Source: an uncultured virus (IMG/VR IMGVR_UViG_3300042568_000222)
Lineage: Duplodnaviria > Heunggongvirae > Uroviricota > Caudoviricetes > Crassvirales
Virus record (IMG/VR): IMGVR_UViG_3300042568_000222
DNA: 64,000 nt
Strand: one strand, 5' to 3'
Translations under genes and position numbers: made by a program
The notes under the pieces: generated by a model
Seen by the model: the letters and a program-made list of their open reading frames with translations, nothing else
What the model was told of the DNA's origin: nothing
Database searches by the model: none
Shown: one piece after another, positions 7,936 through 16,573 of the stretch
Position numbering within the stretch: position 1 is the stretch's first letter
Layout: each line of letters starts with the position of its first letter

Positions 7936-8364
7936 ATGGCTACATTAAGCGTAACTATAAAGGAGGAGGTGAACCTCAACGGTGCAACCAGAGGTAGCAC
8001 TATAGTAAACAACATCACTTCCGTAAACAAGGTCTACCACCAGCTGATTACGGCTGGGACTACGGAAACAGTTCTGTTCAGCACAGCAGCTACGGAGGCT
8101 GGATCGACGTTTGCCCCAGCAGATGTCAAGTACATCCGCATCACGAACATCAATGCTACCAATGTGACCTGTAATATTCGTATTGCAGACGCTGCTCAGG
8201 AGTATTTCGTGCAGCTCGACCCGAACGAAAGTTACGTGCTTGGGAATGCCCTGTTGGATGCTAATGATTCAGTTGGGAACAACGTCACCATGTCCAACAT
8301 CACCTCCATAAAGGGTAAAACTGCATCAAGTTCTGCTCTTTTGGAAGTGTTTGTTGCTGTTTAA
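7936..8364 (+). CDS. Putative virion structural/decoration protein
   Basis: Beta-rich; MATLSVTIKE..VKYIRITN; resembles 28379-28783 and 28790-29194. Confidence 0.6.
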   Translation: MATLSVTIKEEVNLNGATRGSTIVNNITSVNKVYHQLITAGTTETVLFSTAATEAGSTFAPADVKYIRITNINATNVTCNIRIADAAQEYFVQLDPNESYVLGNALLDANDSVGNNVTMSNITSIKGKTASSSALLEVFVAV

Positions 8365-8394
8365 AAGCATCATAAACTACGTTTTTTGACTACA

Positions 8395-8502
8395 ATGATG
8401 TACAAAGCCGATAAATCGAAGGGGAAGATCAAGACCCCAAAAGCAGTTCCTGCAAAGGGTAAGATCAACGTCACCAAACCCATCAAACCAAAAGGGAAAT
8501 AA
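8395..8502 (+). CDS. Tiny Lys/Pro-rich peptide (35 aa)
   Basis: MMYKADKSKGKIKTPKAVPAKGKINVTKPIKPKGK; stop overlaps the next ATG. Confidence 0.55.
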   Translation: MMYKADKSKGKIKTPKAVPAKGKINVTKPIKPKGK

Positions 8503-9368
8503 TGCGCATATATAAGAAAGGGGGGAAGTCGGATGAAAATCCACCCAAGCCAGCCCCTGCACCAGATAGATTGAGATCTAGAGGGCTGCCAGAGCAACCC
8601 CAACCAGAGTTTCAGACGAATACGCTGGGTAGGTTGCAGCAGATGATGGAGGCTATGCAGAGATCCGACGTGCCTCGCGACTTTGGGCCTAGGGCTACTA
8701 GAGAAGACGTGATTCAGTACCTCGCAAATAGGTACAATATGCCCGTTGAAGATGTAGCTGCCGATATGCCAGAGCCTGTACGCACCTATGTCATGCCAAG
8801 AGCTGGAGGAGGAGGTAGCTTAGACCAAGGAGCCGTAGGTATGTACAACCGAAGACAGTTCTCTGGCGAGAAGCGTAGAAACAATCCATTCGAAAATAAG
8901 AATATACTGGTTGCTGGGAACGAGGCTGACAACCCCTTCACGAGAAATGAAGAACTGATTCACTCTATGCAGCCAAGAAACGAAACTGGATCGTTTGTGG
9001 ACCAATACACCTATGCCGATTTGGTAGATCCCGTTCTTAAAAGACTTGCTGAAGTAGATGGGATTGATATGAGAGATCCAGAGGTGGCAGCAGACATCGC
9101 ATACTCCTTTGATCCACAAGAGATGGAGGCTAAGATGATGACTCAGAAGATGATTCTTCGTAACGCAGGTATCATTGGAGAAGGAGAACTGACTGAAGAG
9201 GATCTCGACAATATGTACCTCTATGCAAACGATATGTATAGAAGCCCAGAAGAGCGTTCTAGAGAAGGATCTTATGACCTTATCAGGCTTCTTGGAAGGC
9301 CAACAGACAATCGTTCTCAAGACCCAGAATACAGGGCAGCTCTTTTAAATCTGTTTAACAAACTGTAA
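8502..9368 (+). CDS. YKKGG-tagged protein with degenerate zincin-like motif
   Basis: N-terminal MRIYKKGG; NEELIHSMQ...PQEMEAK resembles HExxHxxQ..PxExEA. Confidence 0.6.
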   Translation: MRIYKKGGKSDENPPKPAPAPDRLRSRGLPEQPQPEFQTNTLGRLQQMMEAMQRSDVPRDFGPRATREDVIQYLANRYNMPVEDVAADMPEPVRTYVMPRAGGGGSLDQGAVGMYNRRQFSGEKRRNNPFENKNILVAGNEADNPFTRNEELIHSMQPRNETGSFVDQYTYADLVDPVLKRLAEVDGIDMRDPEVAADIAYSFDPQEMEAKMMTQKMILRNAGIIGEGELTEEDLDNMYLYANDMYRSPEERSREGSYDLIRLLGRPTDNRSQDPEYRAALLNLFNKL

Positions 9369-9380
9369 TATATTTGTCTC

Positions 9381-9773
9381 ATGAAGTGTATGAAGAAATA
9401 TGCCGACGGAGGCGTTGGTCCAAAAAGAAAGCGTGCAAACACAGGCATCAACTTTGATAGCGCCCCCAGCCTTAGGGATAGAGTATCAAATAAGCTTTAC
9501 ACGCCAAAATCATGTGGTGGGCTTGGGTTTACAAAAAAAGAACCACGACCCCCACAACAAGTTCAAATGGGTTCACCTGTTTCAGGTAATAGTAAACCCC
9601 CAAAGGCCATCGATAGAAGCAGAATTGTCACTCCAAAAGAGCTTGAAAGACAGCGCGAGAAAGAAGCAAGACAGCAGAAAAGACAAGACCGTCGCTCTAT
9701 GACTAGAGGAGAAAGAAAGGCTGCTGAACAAAAAGCCAAAGATCAGCGTTACGCAGGACCAAGATTTTTGTAA
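9381..9773 (+). CDS. Basic protein with MKCMKKYADGG tag
   Basis: 130 aa; TATATTTG 4 nt upstream. Confidence 0.75.
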   Translation: MKCMKKYADGGVGPKRKRANTGINFDSAPSLRDRVSNKLYTPKSCGGLGFTKKEPRPPQQVQMGSPVSGNSKPPKAIDRSRIVTPKELERQREKEARQQKRQDRRSMTRGERKAAEQKAKDQRYAGPRFL

Positions 9774-9805
9774 TTATTATCAAATCATATAAAAAACCAT
9801 AAGTC

Positions 9806-10189
9806 ATGAGAGTAGAGGTGTCATGGAAAGGAAAAAAAGATAAGAAAGATCCAGTTAAGAACTTATCTAAAAGCGGTATGTCAAACCCCGTTGCAAAAAG
9901 CAGCCCAGCATTCGCTAAAGGCGGTGTTGTGGCCCCAGCCAAGAAGAACAAGAAAGAGCCAGTTAAAAACTTGGGTAAAAGCAGTCCAGCTTTTGAAAAA
10001 GGAGGAGTCATGAACGCAAAACCAAAGCACCCCGCCGTACGCAAGCAGAGCGTAGCAAGCAAAGTGGCATCAGCTGTCAAAGGGGCCGTCAAAGGCGCTG
10101 TGGCTGGTAAGACGAAACAACATCCTGCTATGCGTGCCAATAAAAAAGGCAATGCAAACATTGCGGCTAACAGAGCTAAAAAGAAGTAA
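9806..10189 (+). CDS. Lys/Ala-rich basic protein with duplicated KSSPAFxKGG repeat (possible DNA-condensing protein)
   Basis: Internal repeats PVKNL, KSSPAF(A/E)KGG and HPA. Confidence 0.7.
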   Translation: MRVEVSWKGKKDKKDPVKNLSKSGMSNPVAKSSPAFAKGGVVAPAKKNKKEPVKNLGKSSPAFEKGGVMNAKPKHPAVRKQSVASKVASAVKGAVKGAVAGKTKQHPAMRANKKGNANIAANRAKKK

Positions 10190-10226
10190 TTTATACTGAT
10201 TGGCCCTCTACACGTACTGTAAACTT

Positions 10227-10251
10227 AAGGGGAGGGGCAACCCTCCCTTTT
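10227..10251 (+). terminator. Intrinsic terminator
   Basis: GGGAGGG-GCAA-CCCTCCC followed by TTTT. Confidence 0.8.
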
Positions 10252-10264
10252 AACGTCAAAAAAA

Positions 10265-10744
10265 ATGCAACTGAGTAAAAACCTTTACCTTAGCGAAGTC
10301 ACAAAATCCCAGACTGCAATCCAGAAGGGGATCAAAAACGTGCCATCCAAAAAAGAAATAGAGAACCTCAAAGCCATAGCTCAAAATGTATTTCAACCCC
10401 TACGAGATCACTTCAATGTACCGATCGGAATTTCGTCTGGGTTTCGGAGCAAAGCGCTTAATGCTGCGGTTGGGGGCAGCAAGACTTCGGAGCATACGCA
10501 GGGCTGCGCCCTCGACCTTGATGCAGATATTTACGGAGGCATCACAAACAAAGAGATTTTTGACTTCGTCAAGAACAACCTCGAATTCAACCAGCTCATA
10601 TGGGAGTTCGGGGACGACAAAAACCCAGACTGGGTACACGTCTCCTTCCAAGAAGGAAACAACAGGAAGCAAGTCCTGAAGGCTTACAAAGAAAAATTAA
10701 ACACAGGTAAGAAAGTCACCACATACGTTTACTACAATGGCTAA
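10265..10744 (+). CDS. Peptidase M15A family endolysin
   Basis: SSGFRSKALNAAVGGSKTSEH..GCALD and WVHVS Zn-ligand motifs. Confidence 0.9.
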   Translation: MQLSKNLYLSEVTKSQTAIQKGIKNVPSKKEIENLKAIAQNVFQPLRDHFNVPIGISSGFRSKALNAAVGGSKTSEHTQGCALDLDADIYGGITNKEIFDFVKNNLEFNQLIWEFGDDKNPDWVHVSFQEGNNRKQVLKAYKEKLNTGKKVTTYVYYNG

Positions 10745-10865
10745 GATCAACTCCACTAAAATCCAATTGAACAGCAAGAAGTGTCAAGGATCGCACAGCA
10801 AATCCCATTCTTCGAATCCGAACTCGAAGATGTACAAGAAAGCGTACAGGGGTCAGGGACGCTGA
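10737..10865 (+). CDS. Small basic protein ending YRGQGR (42 aa)
   Basis: MAKINSTK...SKMYKKAYRGQGR, a C-terminus common in phage small proteins; missed by the track. Confidence 0.75.
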   Translation: MAKINSTKIQLNSKKCQGSHSKSHSSNPNSKMYKKAYRGQGR

Positions 10866-11290
10866 GCAGCGATATCCCTGTAGTAGGACTCTATGATACG
10901 CATGGCCTGGGCGGTGAGGGCATATCTGACCCTGTAGTTCATCTTATGTTCCTCCCTGAACATAGCGTCTTCGTGGGTTCTTGACGGGGTGAGCTTCTCG
11001 AAATACTTGAAGATAAACCCCTTTGTTTTCAGAGGCTGCACACACCTGTTGTATATGACACGCTTGTTCCACTTCATATCTTTAGAGGCGTAATCCAGCG
11101 TGAAGAACTCCAGATCGTATGCCCACGTCATGAACCCAAGCATGGGGAGATTCAGTTCATACTTTTTCTGGTAGGCAGCGGTAACAACCCTGTAGTTCTT
11201 CATAACATTGCGCTCCCTGTATTGCTTATCTTTATGCAGGAAGTCTCGGAACATACTTTCACGTTTAACACTTGAATTCTTTTTTGCCAT
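10853..11290 (-). CDS. Putative winged-helix transcription regulator
   Basis: Lone antisense gene; WAYDLEFFT..PLKTKGFI..RVRYALT fits a wHTH; start MAKKNSS. Confidence 0.55.
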   Translation of the reverse strand: MAKKNSSVKRESMFRDFLHKDKQYRERNVMKNYRVVTAAYQKKYELNLPMLGFMTWAYDLEFFTLDYASKDMKWNKRVIYNRCVQPLKTKGFIFKYFEKLTPSRTHEDAMFREEHKMNYRVRYALTAQAMRIIESYYRDIAAQRP

Positions 11291-11594
11291 GACGAACGAT
11301 GTTATAAAGCACGCATTTATGTTGGAGGCTAGCAGATTGCTCAAGAAGCTTGACTCTTTGATCGACAAGTACGACTTGCGCGATGAAGTTCTCGTGGCAT
11401 CTATGGTGGGGGTTCAGGTCAAGGAACACGAAGACGATGAAGAGTACGGGATCAATTCTTTCTTTACGTTCAACATCGCGGATCTCGACGAACTCGAACT
11501 CGTAATGATGAACATGATGGAAGTGTACAACGACAAAAATATAGACAAAGGTCTCAGCGACCTGCTAAACCCTATGGGTATATCTCTGAACTGA
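11289..11594 (+). CDS. Acidic hypothetical protein
   Basis: MTNDVIK... start; stop overlaps the next ATG. Confidence 0.65.
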   Translation: MTNDVIKHAFMLEASRLLKKLDSLIDKYDLRDEVLVASMVGVQVKEHEDDEEYGINSFFTFNIADLDELELVMMNMMEVYNDKNIDKGLSDLLNPMGISLN

Positions 11595-11839
11595 TGGAAG
11601 GACTTATCAGAAAGATCACCGTAGGGCGTGATCCGAAGAACGCTATGGTGTACTTCGTAGGCATGAAGGCTGGCAGAGGAGATAGCCATGTTACGGCTAT
11701 AGTATTTGATTTAGAATGGCTGCACGTGCATGGGAAGGAACGCTACTATGTATATTTGCAGCAGGAAGATATGTCGCAAGTAGTCTGGAAGACAGTTGTA
11801 GATATGCCTTGCATAATTGAATACGATTTGAATTTTTAA
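11594..11839 (+). CDS. Conserved phage protein
   Basis: LIRKITVGRDPKNAMVYFVG...WK...MPCIIEYDLNF, typically found upstream of phage GroES-like genes. Confidence 0.75.
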   Translation: MEGLIRKITVGRDPKNAMVYFVGMKAGRGDSHVTAIVFDLEWLHVHGKERYYVYLQQEDMSQVVWKTVVDMPCIIEYDLNF

Positions 11840-11997
11840 TGGAAAACACAGAAAGCAAAGGACTAGGGGACACCATCGCAAAGGTGACCCAGGCCACAGG
11901 GCTAGACAAGCTAGTCCACAAGATGGCTGGGAAGGACTGCGGATGTAAGCAGAGACAGGAAAAGCTGAACGTAAAGTTCCCGTACAGGAAGGCATGA
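11839..11997 (+). CDS. Small phage protein with DCGC motif (52 aa)
   Basis: SKGLGDTIAKVTQATG...KDCGCKQRQEKLNVKFPY; missed by the track, coupled on both sides. Confidence 0.75.
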   Translation: MENTESKGLGDTIAKVTQATGLDKLVHKMAGKDCGCKQRQEKLNVKFPYRKA

Positions 11998-12578
11998 GGG
12001 CATACGACAACTTTATCGTGTTCATTGAAAAGCGTTTCAATGACACAATCACCATGTCCAACGGTCAGGAGCTGTACATGGATACGAAGTTTGACGAGTT
12101 CAAACACAGGGTTAATGAAGGGGTGGTTGTAGGAACGCCGTTTAAGCACGAAACCCCCGTACAGGAAGGCGATACCCTATACTTCCACCACCTCGTAGTG
12201 ATCAACGAAGGTCAGCCGCTGACTGGAAAGGACAACCACTACCTCGTCAAGTACAATAAAAAGGAGACGATTAACAGTCAGTGCATCTGCTACAAGTCTA
12301 AAGAGACAGGTGAGGTATTTCCTCTGAGCGGATGGGCAATCCTAGAGCCTGTCGAAGAAGCTCCCAAACTGAAGTCCGATATCATAGAAATCGTAACTCT
12401 AGAAGAACCGCTTCCAACCAAGGGCATGGTTTCGTTTGACTCTGAAGAGTTAGAAGAGCTGGGGTTGAAGACGGGCGATGTGGTAGGGTTTAGGAAGAAT
12501 ATGGATTACAGGTTCAAGATCGATGGCAAAGAATACTACCGAACCAGAAGCGAAGACCTCCTCTACGTCGAAGTTTAA
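11994..12578 (+). CDS. GroES-like co-chaperonin (two-domain)
   Basis: GVVVGTP..VQEGDTLYFHH and LKTGDVVGF..YRFKIDGKEYYR..DLL resemble tandem Cpn10 folds. Confidence 0.65.
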   Translation: MRAYDNFIVFIEKRFNDTITMSNGQELYMDTKFDEFKHRVNEGVVVGTPFKHETPVQEGDTLYFHHLVVINEGQPLTGKDNHYLVKYNKKETINSQCICYKSKETGEVFPLSGWAILEPVEEAPKLKSDIIEIVTLEEPLPTKGMVSFDSEELEELGLKTGDVVGFRKNMDYRFKIDGKEYYRTRSEDLLYVEV

Positions 12579-12849
12579 TACCGTAGACGCTATAGATAGG
12601 TTGATGATGAGTATGCAAGATGCCATCGACAACATGATCGACGAGATCAGAAAGCCTGTGGACCCCGAAGCAGGTGGGGCCGCGCGTAAGGCAGAACTTC
12701 AGTCTATTAAACAGACGGCTATGGATTGCCAAGAACTGATTAAGAAGTACGCCGAACTGGACGACATGAAGAAGCAGATGGCCGACACAGGCACTGTAAA
12801 GGAAGACAGGGACTACACAGCTGGATTCGCAGAAAGATTTAAAAAATGA
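12523..12849 (+). CDS. Helical protein, possible terminase small subunit
   Basis: 108 aa, helical, ends GFAERFKK; function inferred from context only. Confidence 0.4.
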   Translation: MAKNTTEPEAKTSSTSKFNTVDAIDRLMMSMQDAIDNMIDEIRKPVDPEAGGAARKAELQSIKQTAMDCQELIKKYAELDDMKKQMADTGTVKEDRDYTAGFAERFKK

Positions 12850-13484
12850 ATAGATTTGATTTGATTAACGAAATCATCTCCATCAATGGATTTGATAAGT
12901 ACTTGGAGATTGGGGTGTTTCATCCGAGCATTTGTTTCGACAAGATCGTTTGCGATAAGAAGACTGGTGTAGACCCAGGAATAGAAAACCCAGATAATCC
13001 AGTAGACTATAAAGTGACATCTGATGTGTTCTTTTCTATGCTTGAGTCTGGTGACACGGAGTTTGAAAAGGATCACAAATGGGATGTGATTTTTATTGAT
13101 GGCCTTCACCTTGCAGACCAGGTATACAAGGACATCATCAACTCTATCAATCACATTTCTGATAAGGGTGTCATCGTCATGCATGATTGTTTGCCACCTA
13201 ACTCGTTTTATGCAAGAGAGGATTATGCGATTAACGGAGAGTTTTATCCATGGAACGGAACTACGTGGAAGGCTTACTACAAGGCTCTTACGGAACTCAG
13301 CTATGTAGATGTTTGCGTGTACAACTCTGACTGGGGTCTGGGCCTAATCAAGAAGTGTAAGCGCCGACGTTTACCAAAGAAGAACAATCCGTTCTACGAA
13401 TACAACGTGATGGCTATGGATTACGTGAACGAGATGAACGTAGTAGACCACAATAACCTAATAAAATTTATTACAAATGGCTAG
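12846..13484 (+). CDS. Class I SAM-dependent methyltransferase (Methyltransf_24-like)
   Basis: YLEIGV, GVDP, DVIFIDGLH, GVIVMHDC. Confidence 0.9.
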   Translation: MNRFDLINEIISINGFDKYLEIGVFHPSICFDKIVCDKKTGVDPGIENPDNPVDYKVTSDVFFSMLESGDTEFEKDHKWDVIFIDGLHLADQVYKDIINSINHISDKGVIVMHDCLPPNSFYAREDYAINGEFYPWNGTTWKAYYKALTELSYVDVCVYNSDWGLGLIKKCKRRRLPKKNNPFYEYNVMAMDYVNEMNVVDHNNLIKFITNG

Positions 13485-14604
13485 TTTGTGCCTTGTCATG
13501 ATCGTCAAAGACGAAGAAGACACGATTGAACGGTGTATCGACAGTGTTGCAAAGTATATTGATCACTGGGTAATTGTAGATACTGGTTCTAAGGACGACA
13601 CCATTGCCAAAATCCATGAGGTTATGGCGAAGCACAACATCCCTGGCACGTTATACGAACGCCCATGGGTGAACTTTGGTCATAACAGGACAGAGAGTTT
13701 AACGTTGGCTCAAGGCATTTGTGACTATCGATTTGTCATGGATGCAGACGATACATTTGAATCGTTTGTAGACAACCCATTTGAAGGAATGGACACGACA
13801 AAAGACTCGTACCACCTTCATTTAGAGTTAGCTGGTATTAGATATACCCGTTCCATGTTGATGCGTTCTGATCAAGAATGGGAATATGTAGGGGTAATAC
13901 ATGAGTATCCATACCCTAAAAGTAAGGTAGCTCCCAGTACTGGATATATTGAAGGATGTTTAATTCATGCTCAGATATCACCACTCAAAAGAGCAAAGTC
14001 TGTAAAGGATAAATACGCCAAGGATGCTAAAGTTTTGGAAAATGCTTTAAAGGACGAACCACAAAACGACAGATACGTTTTTTATTTAGCTCAGTCTTAC
14101 TTTGACTCTCAACAATACAAGAAGGCCAAGCTTAATTACTTGAAGCGTTCTAAGATGAAGGGATGGGATGAAGAGGTTTACATCTCTTTGTTTAGGGCTG
14201 CATTGTGTTCTATGATTCTTGAAGAGGATCAAGACAAGGTTATGAAAAACTTTAGTCTGGCATGGGAGAATAGGCCATTTAGACTAGAGGCTGCATATCA
14301 TATAGTTAAGAAGCTTCGAGAAGATCAGAGATATGTGATGGCATTCACATATGCTAACATGGCTATGCAGAACTTCCTAAACTACCCACACAAGGACGCT
14401 TTGTTCTATGACACAAAGATCCACGATTGGATGTTCCTAGACGAGTATTGTATGGCTGCTTACTATGTAGGTCAAAAAGAATTGGCTAAGGTGAATATGG
14501 ATGAGTTCTTTAAAACAGACATATATAGCGGCTTGCCAACAAATGAAAAAGAAAGGCTTCAGAAAAACTACGAATTCTATGTAAATGCCAAGGAAAATAG
14601 TTGA
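13477..14604 (+). CDS. GT2 glycosyltransferase with C-terminal TPR
   Basis: LCLVMIVKDEE, IVDTGSKD, WVNFGHNR, MDADD, GVIHE, then RYVFYLAQSY TPR. Confidence 0.92.
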   Translation: MASLCLVMIVKDEEDTIERCIDSVAKYIDHWVIVDTGSKDDTIAKIHEVMAKHNIPGTLYERPWVNFGHNRTESLTLAQGICDYRFVMDADDTFESFVDNPFEGMDTTKDSYHLHLELAGIRYTRSMLMRSDQEWEYVGVIHEYPYPKSKVAPSTGYIEGCLIHAQISPLKRAKSVKDKYAKDAKVLENALKDEPQNDRYVFYLAQSYFDSQQYKKAKLNYLKRSKMKGWDEEVYISLFRAALCSMILEEDQDKVMKNFSLAWENRPFRLEAAYHIVKKLREDQRYVMAFTYANMAMQNFLNYPHKDALFYDTKIHDWMFLDEYCMAAYYVGQKELAKVNMDEFFKTDIYSGLPTNEKERLQKNYEFYVNAKENS

Positions 14605-15349
14605 TTGCTTTACGTTTTACAACGAATATAAAATGTTAAAGTTCAGGCTTACTGAGCTTTACGACACTGTTGATTATTTTGTAATCGTAGAGGCCGACAA
14701 GACATTTGTTGGCGCTAATAAAGAAATGAATTTCTTGAAGATCGAGGAAGATATAAAGCAGTTCCTTGATAAAGTCATCTACATACAAGTCACTGATATG
14801 CCTATTGGGGATGACGCATGGGCAAGAGAAAGGCATCAAAGAAATTGTATTTCAAGGGGTTTAGATGTGTTAAACCTTGATGACGAAGACATAGTGACTA
14901 TAACTGATTGTGATGAGATACCAGATCCAGGGTGTTTAAAACATCTCATGAATCATTTAATTATGCAGCCAATTTCATTGTGTCAGGATCTATATTACTA
15001 TAATTTAAACACTAGGTTTAAACGTAAATGGTATCACTCCAAGTTAGTTACATATGGATTATTTAAAGTTTATGGCGGGGCTGAAAACATAAGAATGTCT
15101 AGTTCTACACATTCAGTTGAAAGTGGAGGTTGGCATTTTTCTTATTTCGGTGATGTAAAAATGATTCAGAATAAACTAGAAAATTTTTCTCACCAAGAAT
15201 TCAATACAGAAGAGTTTACCAGCGAAGAGAACATTAAGGAGGCTATATCAGGTCACAGGGATTTATTTAAACGAGATGGACTTGATTACGAGTTTGTAGA
15301 CATAAAAGACAACTCATATCTCCCTGAAAATTATAAAATGCTACTTTGA
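14585..15349 (+). CDS. GT17-like beta-1,4-N-acetylglucosaminyltransferase
   Basis: DCFTFYNE, VDYFVIVEA, WARERHQRN, DCDEIP, GGWHFSYFG, KLENFSHQE. Confidence 0.9.
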   Translation: MPRKIVDCFTFYNEYKMLKFRLTELYDTVDYFVIVEADKTFVGANKEMNFLKIEEDIKQFLDKVIYIQVTDMPIGDDAWARERHQRNCISRGLDVLNLDDEDIVTITDCDEIPDPGCLKHLMNHLIMQPISLCQDLYYYNLNTRFKRKWYHSKLVTYGLFKVYGGAENIRMSSSTHSVESGGWHFSYFGDVKMIQNKLENFSHQEFNTEEFTSEENIKEAISGHRDLFKRDGLDYEFVDIKDNSYLPENYKMLL

Positions 15350-16062
15350 TGTACAGTTTTATAATCCCTACGATGTGGATGTCCAACAGGCTCTCTTATA
15401 TGTTAGAGCAGTATGAGGCAGATGACAATGTACAAGAGGTAATCATTATAGACAACAAAACGGAATCTGCTATAGATCTCTCTCCTTACAAGAAGGTTGT
15501 ACATCTTCCTCAAGAGAAGAACATCTTTGTGAATCCCGCTTGGAATCTTGGGGTAAGTATTGCTAAGTCAGAGTACGTTGTTATATGCAATGACGACATT
15601 ACGTTTGACAGCAAGTCTTTGAATGAGTTCTTGCTAAACGAAATAAACGAAAGCATCATTGGGACTCACCCAGTATCATTCTATCAAGGCCACGACACCA
15701 TGTCTATAGAAGATGGTAGTCACGTAGGATACGGATGGGGTGTATTGATGTACATGAAAAAGAAAAACTACATCCAGATTCCAGATGAGTTTAAGATCTG
15801 GTTTGGTGACGACATCTTGGCCTTAAACTGTGGAAACGTAAAGAGTTTCATCACTAACATTGCCACAGAAATGTCTACTACGAGCAGTAAGGAGTTCGCA
15901 AACAAAACCATACATGATGATGTATTAAATTTGTTGCAACTCACTAGGAGGTTCAACGTCTATGAAAGCGACAAAAAGGAATTACAAGGAAGAATACGAG
16001 AAGTATGGTTCAACGGATTCCGCGAAGAAGTACAGGGCAGAGTTGAATCGCTACAACCGTAA
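15346..16062 (+). CDS. GT2-like (GT-A) glycosyltransferase
   Basis: SFIIPTMW, IIIDN, NIFVNPAWNLG, ICNDDI, IWFGDD. Confidence 0.85.
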   Translation: MMYSFIIPTMWMSNRLSYMLEQYEADDNVQEVIIIDNKTESAIDLSPYKKVVHLPQEKNIFVNPAWNLGVSIAKSEYVVICNDDITFDSKSLNEFLLNEINESIIGTHPVSFYQGHDTMSIEDGSHVGYGWGVLMYMKKKNYIQIPDEFKIWFGDDILALNCGNVKSFITNIATEMSTTSSKEFANKTIHDDVLNLLQLTRRFNVYESDKKELQGRIREVWFNGFREEVQGRVESLQP

Positions 16063-16189
16063 GAAGGGCAAGTACGGAAATGGTGATGGAAAAGATGCTG
16101 CTCATGCATCTAACGGTATGATCGTAGGGTATCTTAGCGCCTCGAAGAACAGAGCCAACAACCGACCCAAGAACCCAAACAGTAAATAA
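15962..16189 (+). CDS. Small basic HNH-like phage protein
   Basis: RNYKEEY..RAELNR..GDGKDAAH..SASKNRA. Confidence 0.65.
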   Translation: MKATKRNYKEEYEKYGSTDSAKKYRAELNRYNRKKGKYGNGDGKDAAHASNGMIVGYLSASKNRANNRPKNPNSK

Positions 16190-16263
16190 GCTCCCTTAGC
16201 TCAGTTGGTTAGAGCGCGACGCTTATACCGTCTAGGTCGCTGGTTCAAGTCCAGCAGGGAGTA
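16190..16263 (+). tRNA. tRNA-Ile(UAU)
   Basis: Acceptor GCTCCCT/AGGGAGT, D-arm, loop CTTATAC (anticodon TAT at 16224-16226), T-arm GCTGG-TTCAAGT-CCAGC; CCA not encoded. Confidence 0.85.
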
Positions 16264-16289
16264 CAACAAGAACGGAAACCCTAAAAAAT

Positions 16290-16565
16290 ATGTTAGACAC
16301 CCTTGTAACTGTGGTTGATTCACTCCCAGTGGTAGTGGACACCCTCGCAGCCGTTGCAGATACTGCAACAGTTGCTGTAGAAGCCCCAATCGAAACAACC
16401 GAAACTAGCTGGGTCACGGTAGGTAATCTCATGGAGATCCTTGTGGCCCTTATGGTTTTGGTTAAGGTTATTGTGAACCTTACGCCCACGGAGAGAGACA
16501 ACAAAGTTTTTGGACTTGTTGACTCCATCCTGAACGCTATTGTTCCAGACAGAAGAAAGGCGTAA
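16290..16565 (+). CDS. Small membrane protein, holin-like
   Basis: TM segment ILVALMVLVKVIVNLTPT..DNK and basic C-terminus. Confidence 0.6.
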   Translation: MLDTLVTVVDSLPVVVDTLAAVADTATVAVEAPIETTETSWVTVGNLMEILVALMVLVKVIVNLTPTERDNKVFGLVDSILNAIVPDRRKA

Positions 16566-16573
16566 GCCCTTTA

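Noticed and set aside
12846..16062. Glycosyltransferases as a DNA hypermodification system
   Set aside because: No base hydroxymethylase or similar partner seen, and the cassette lies in the virion arm; disfavoured but not excluded
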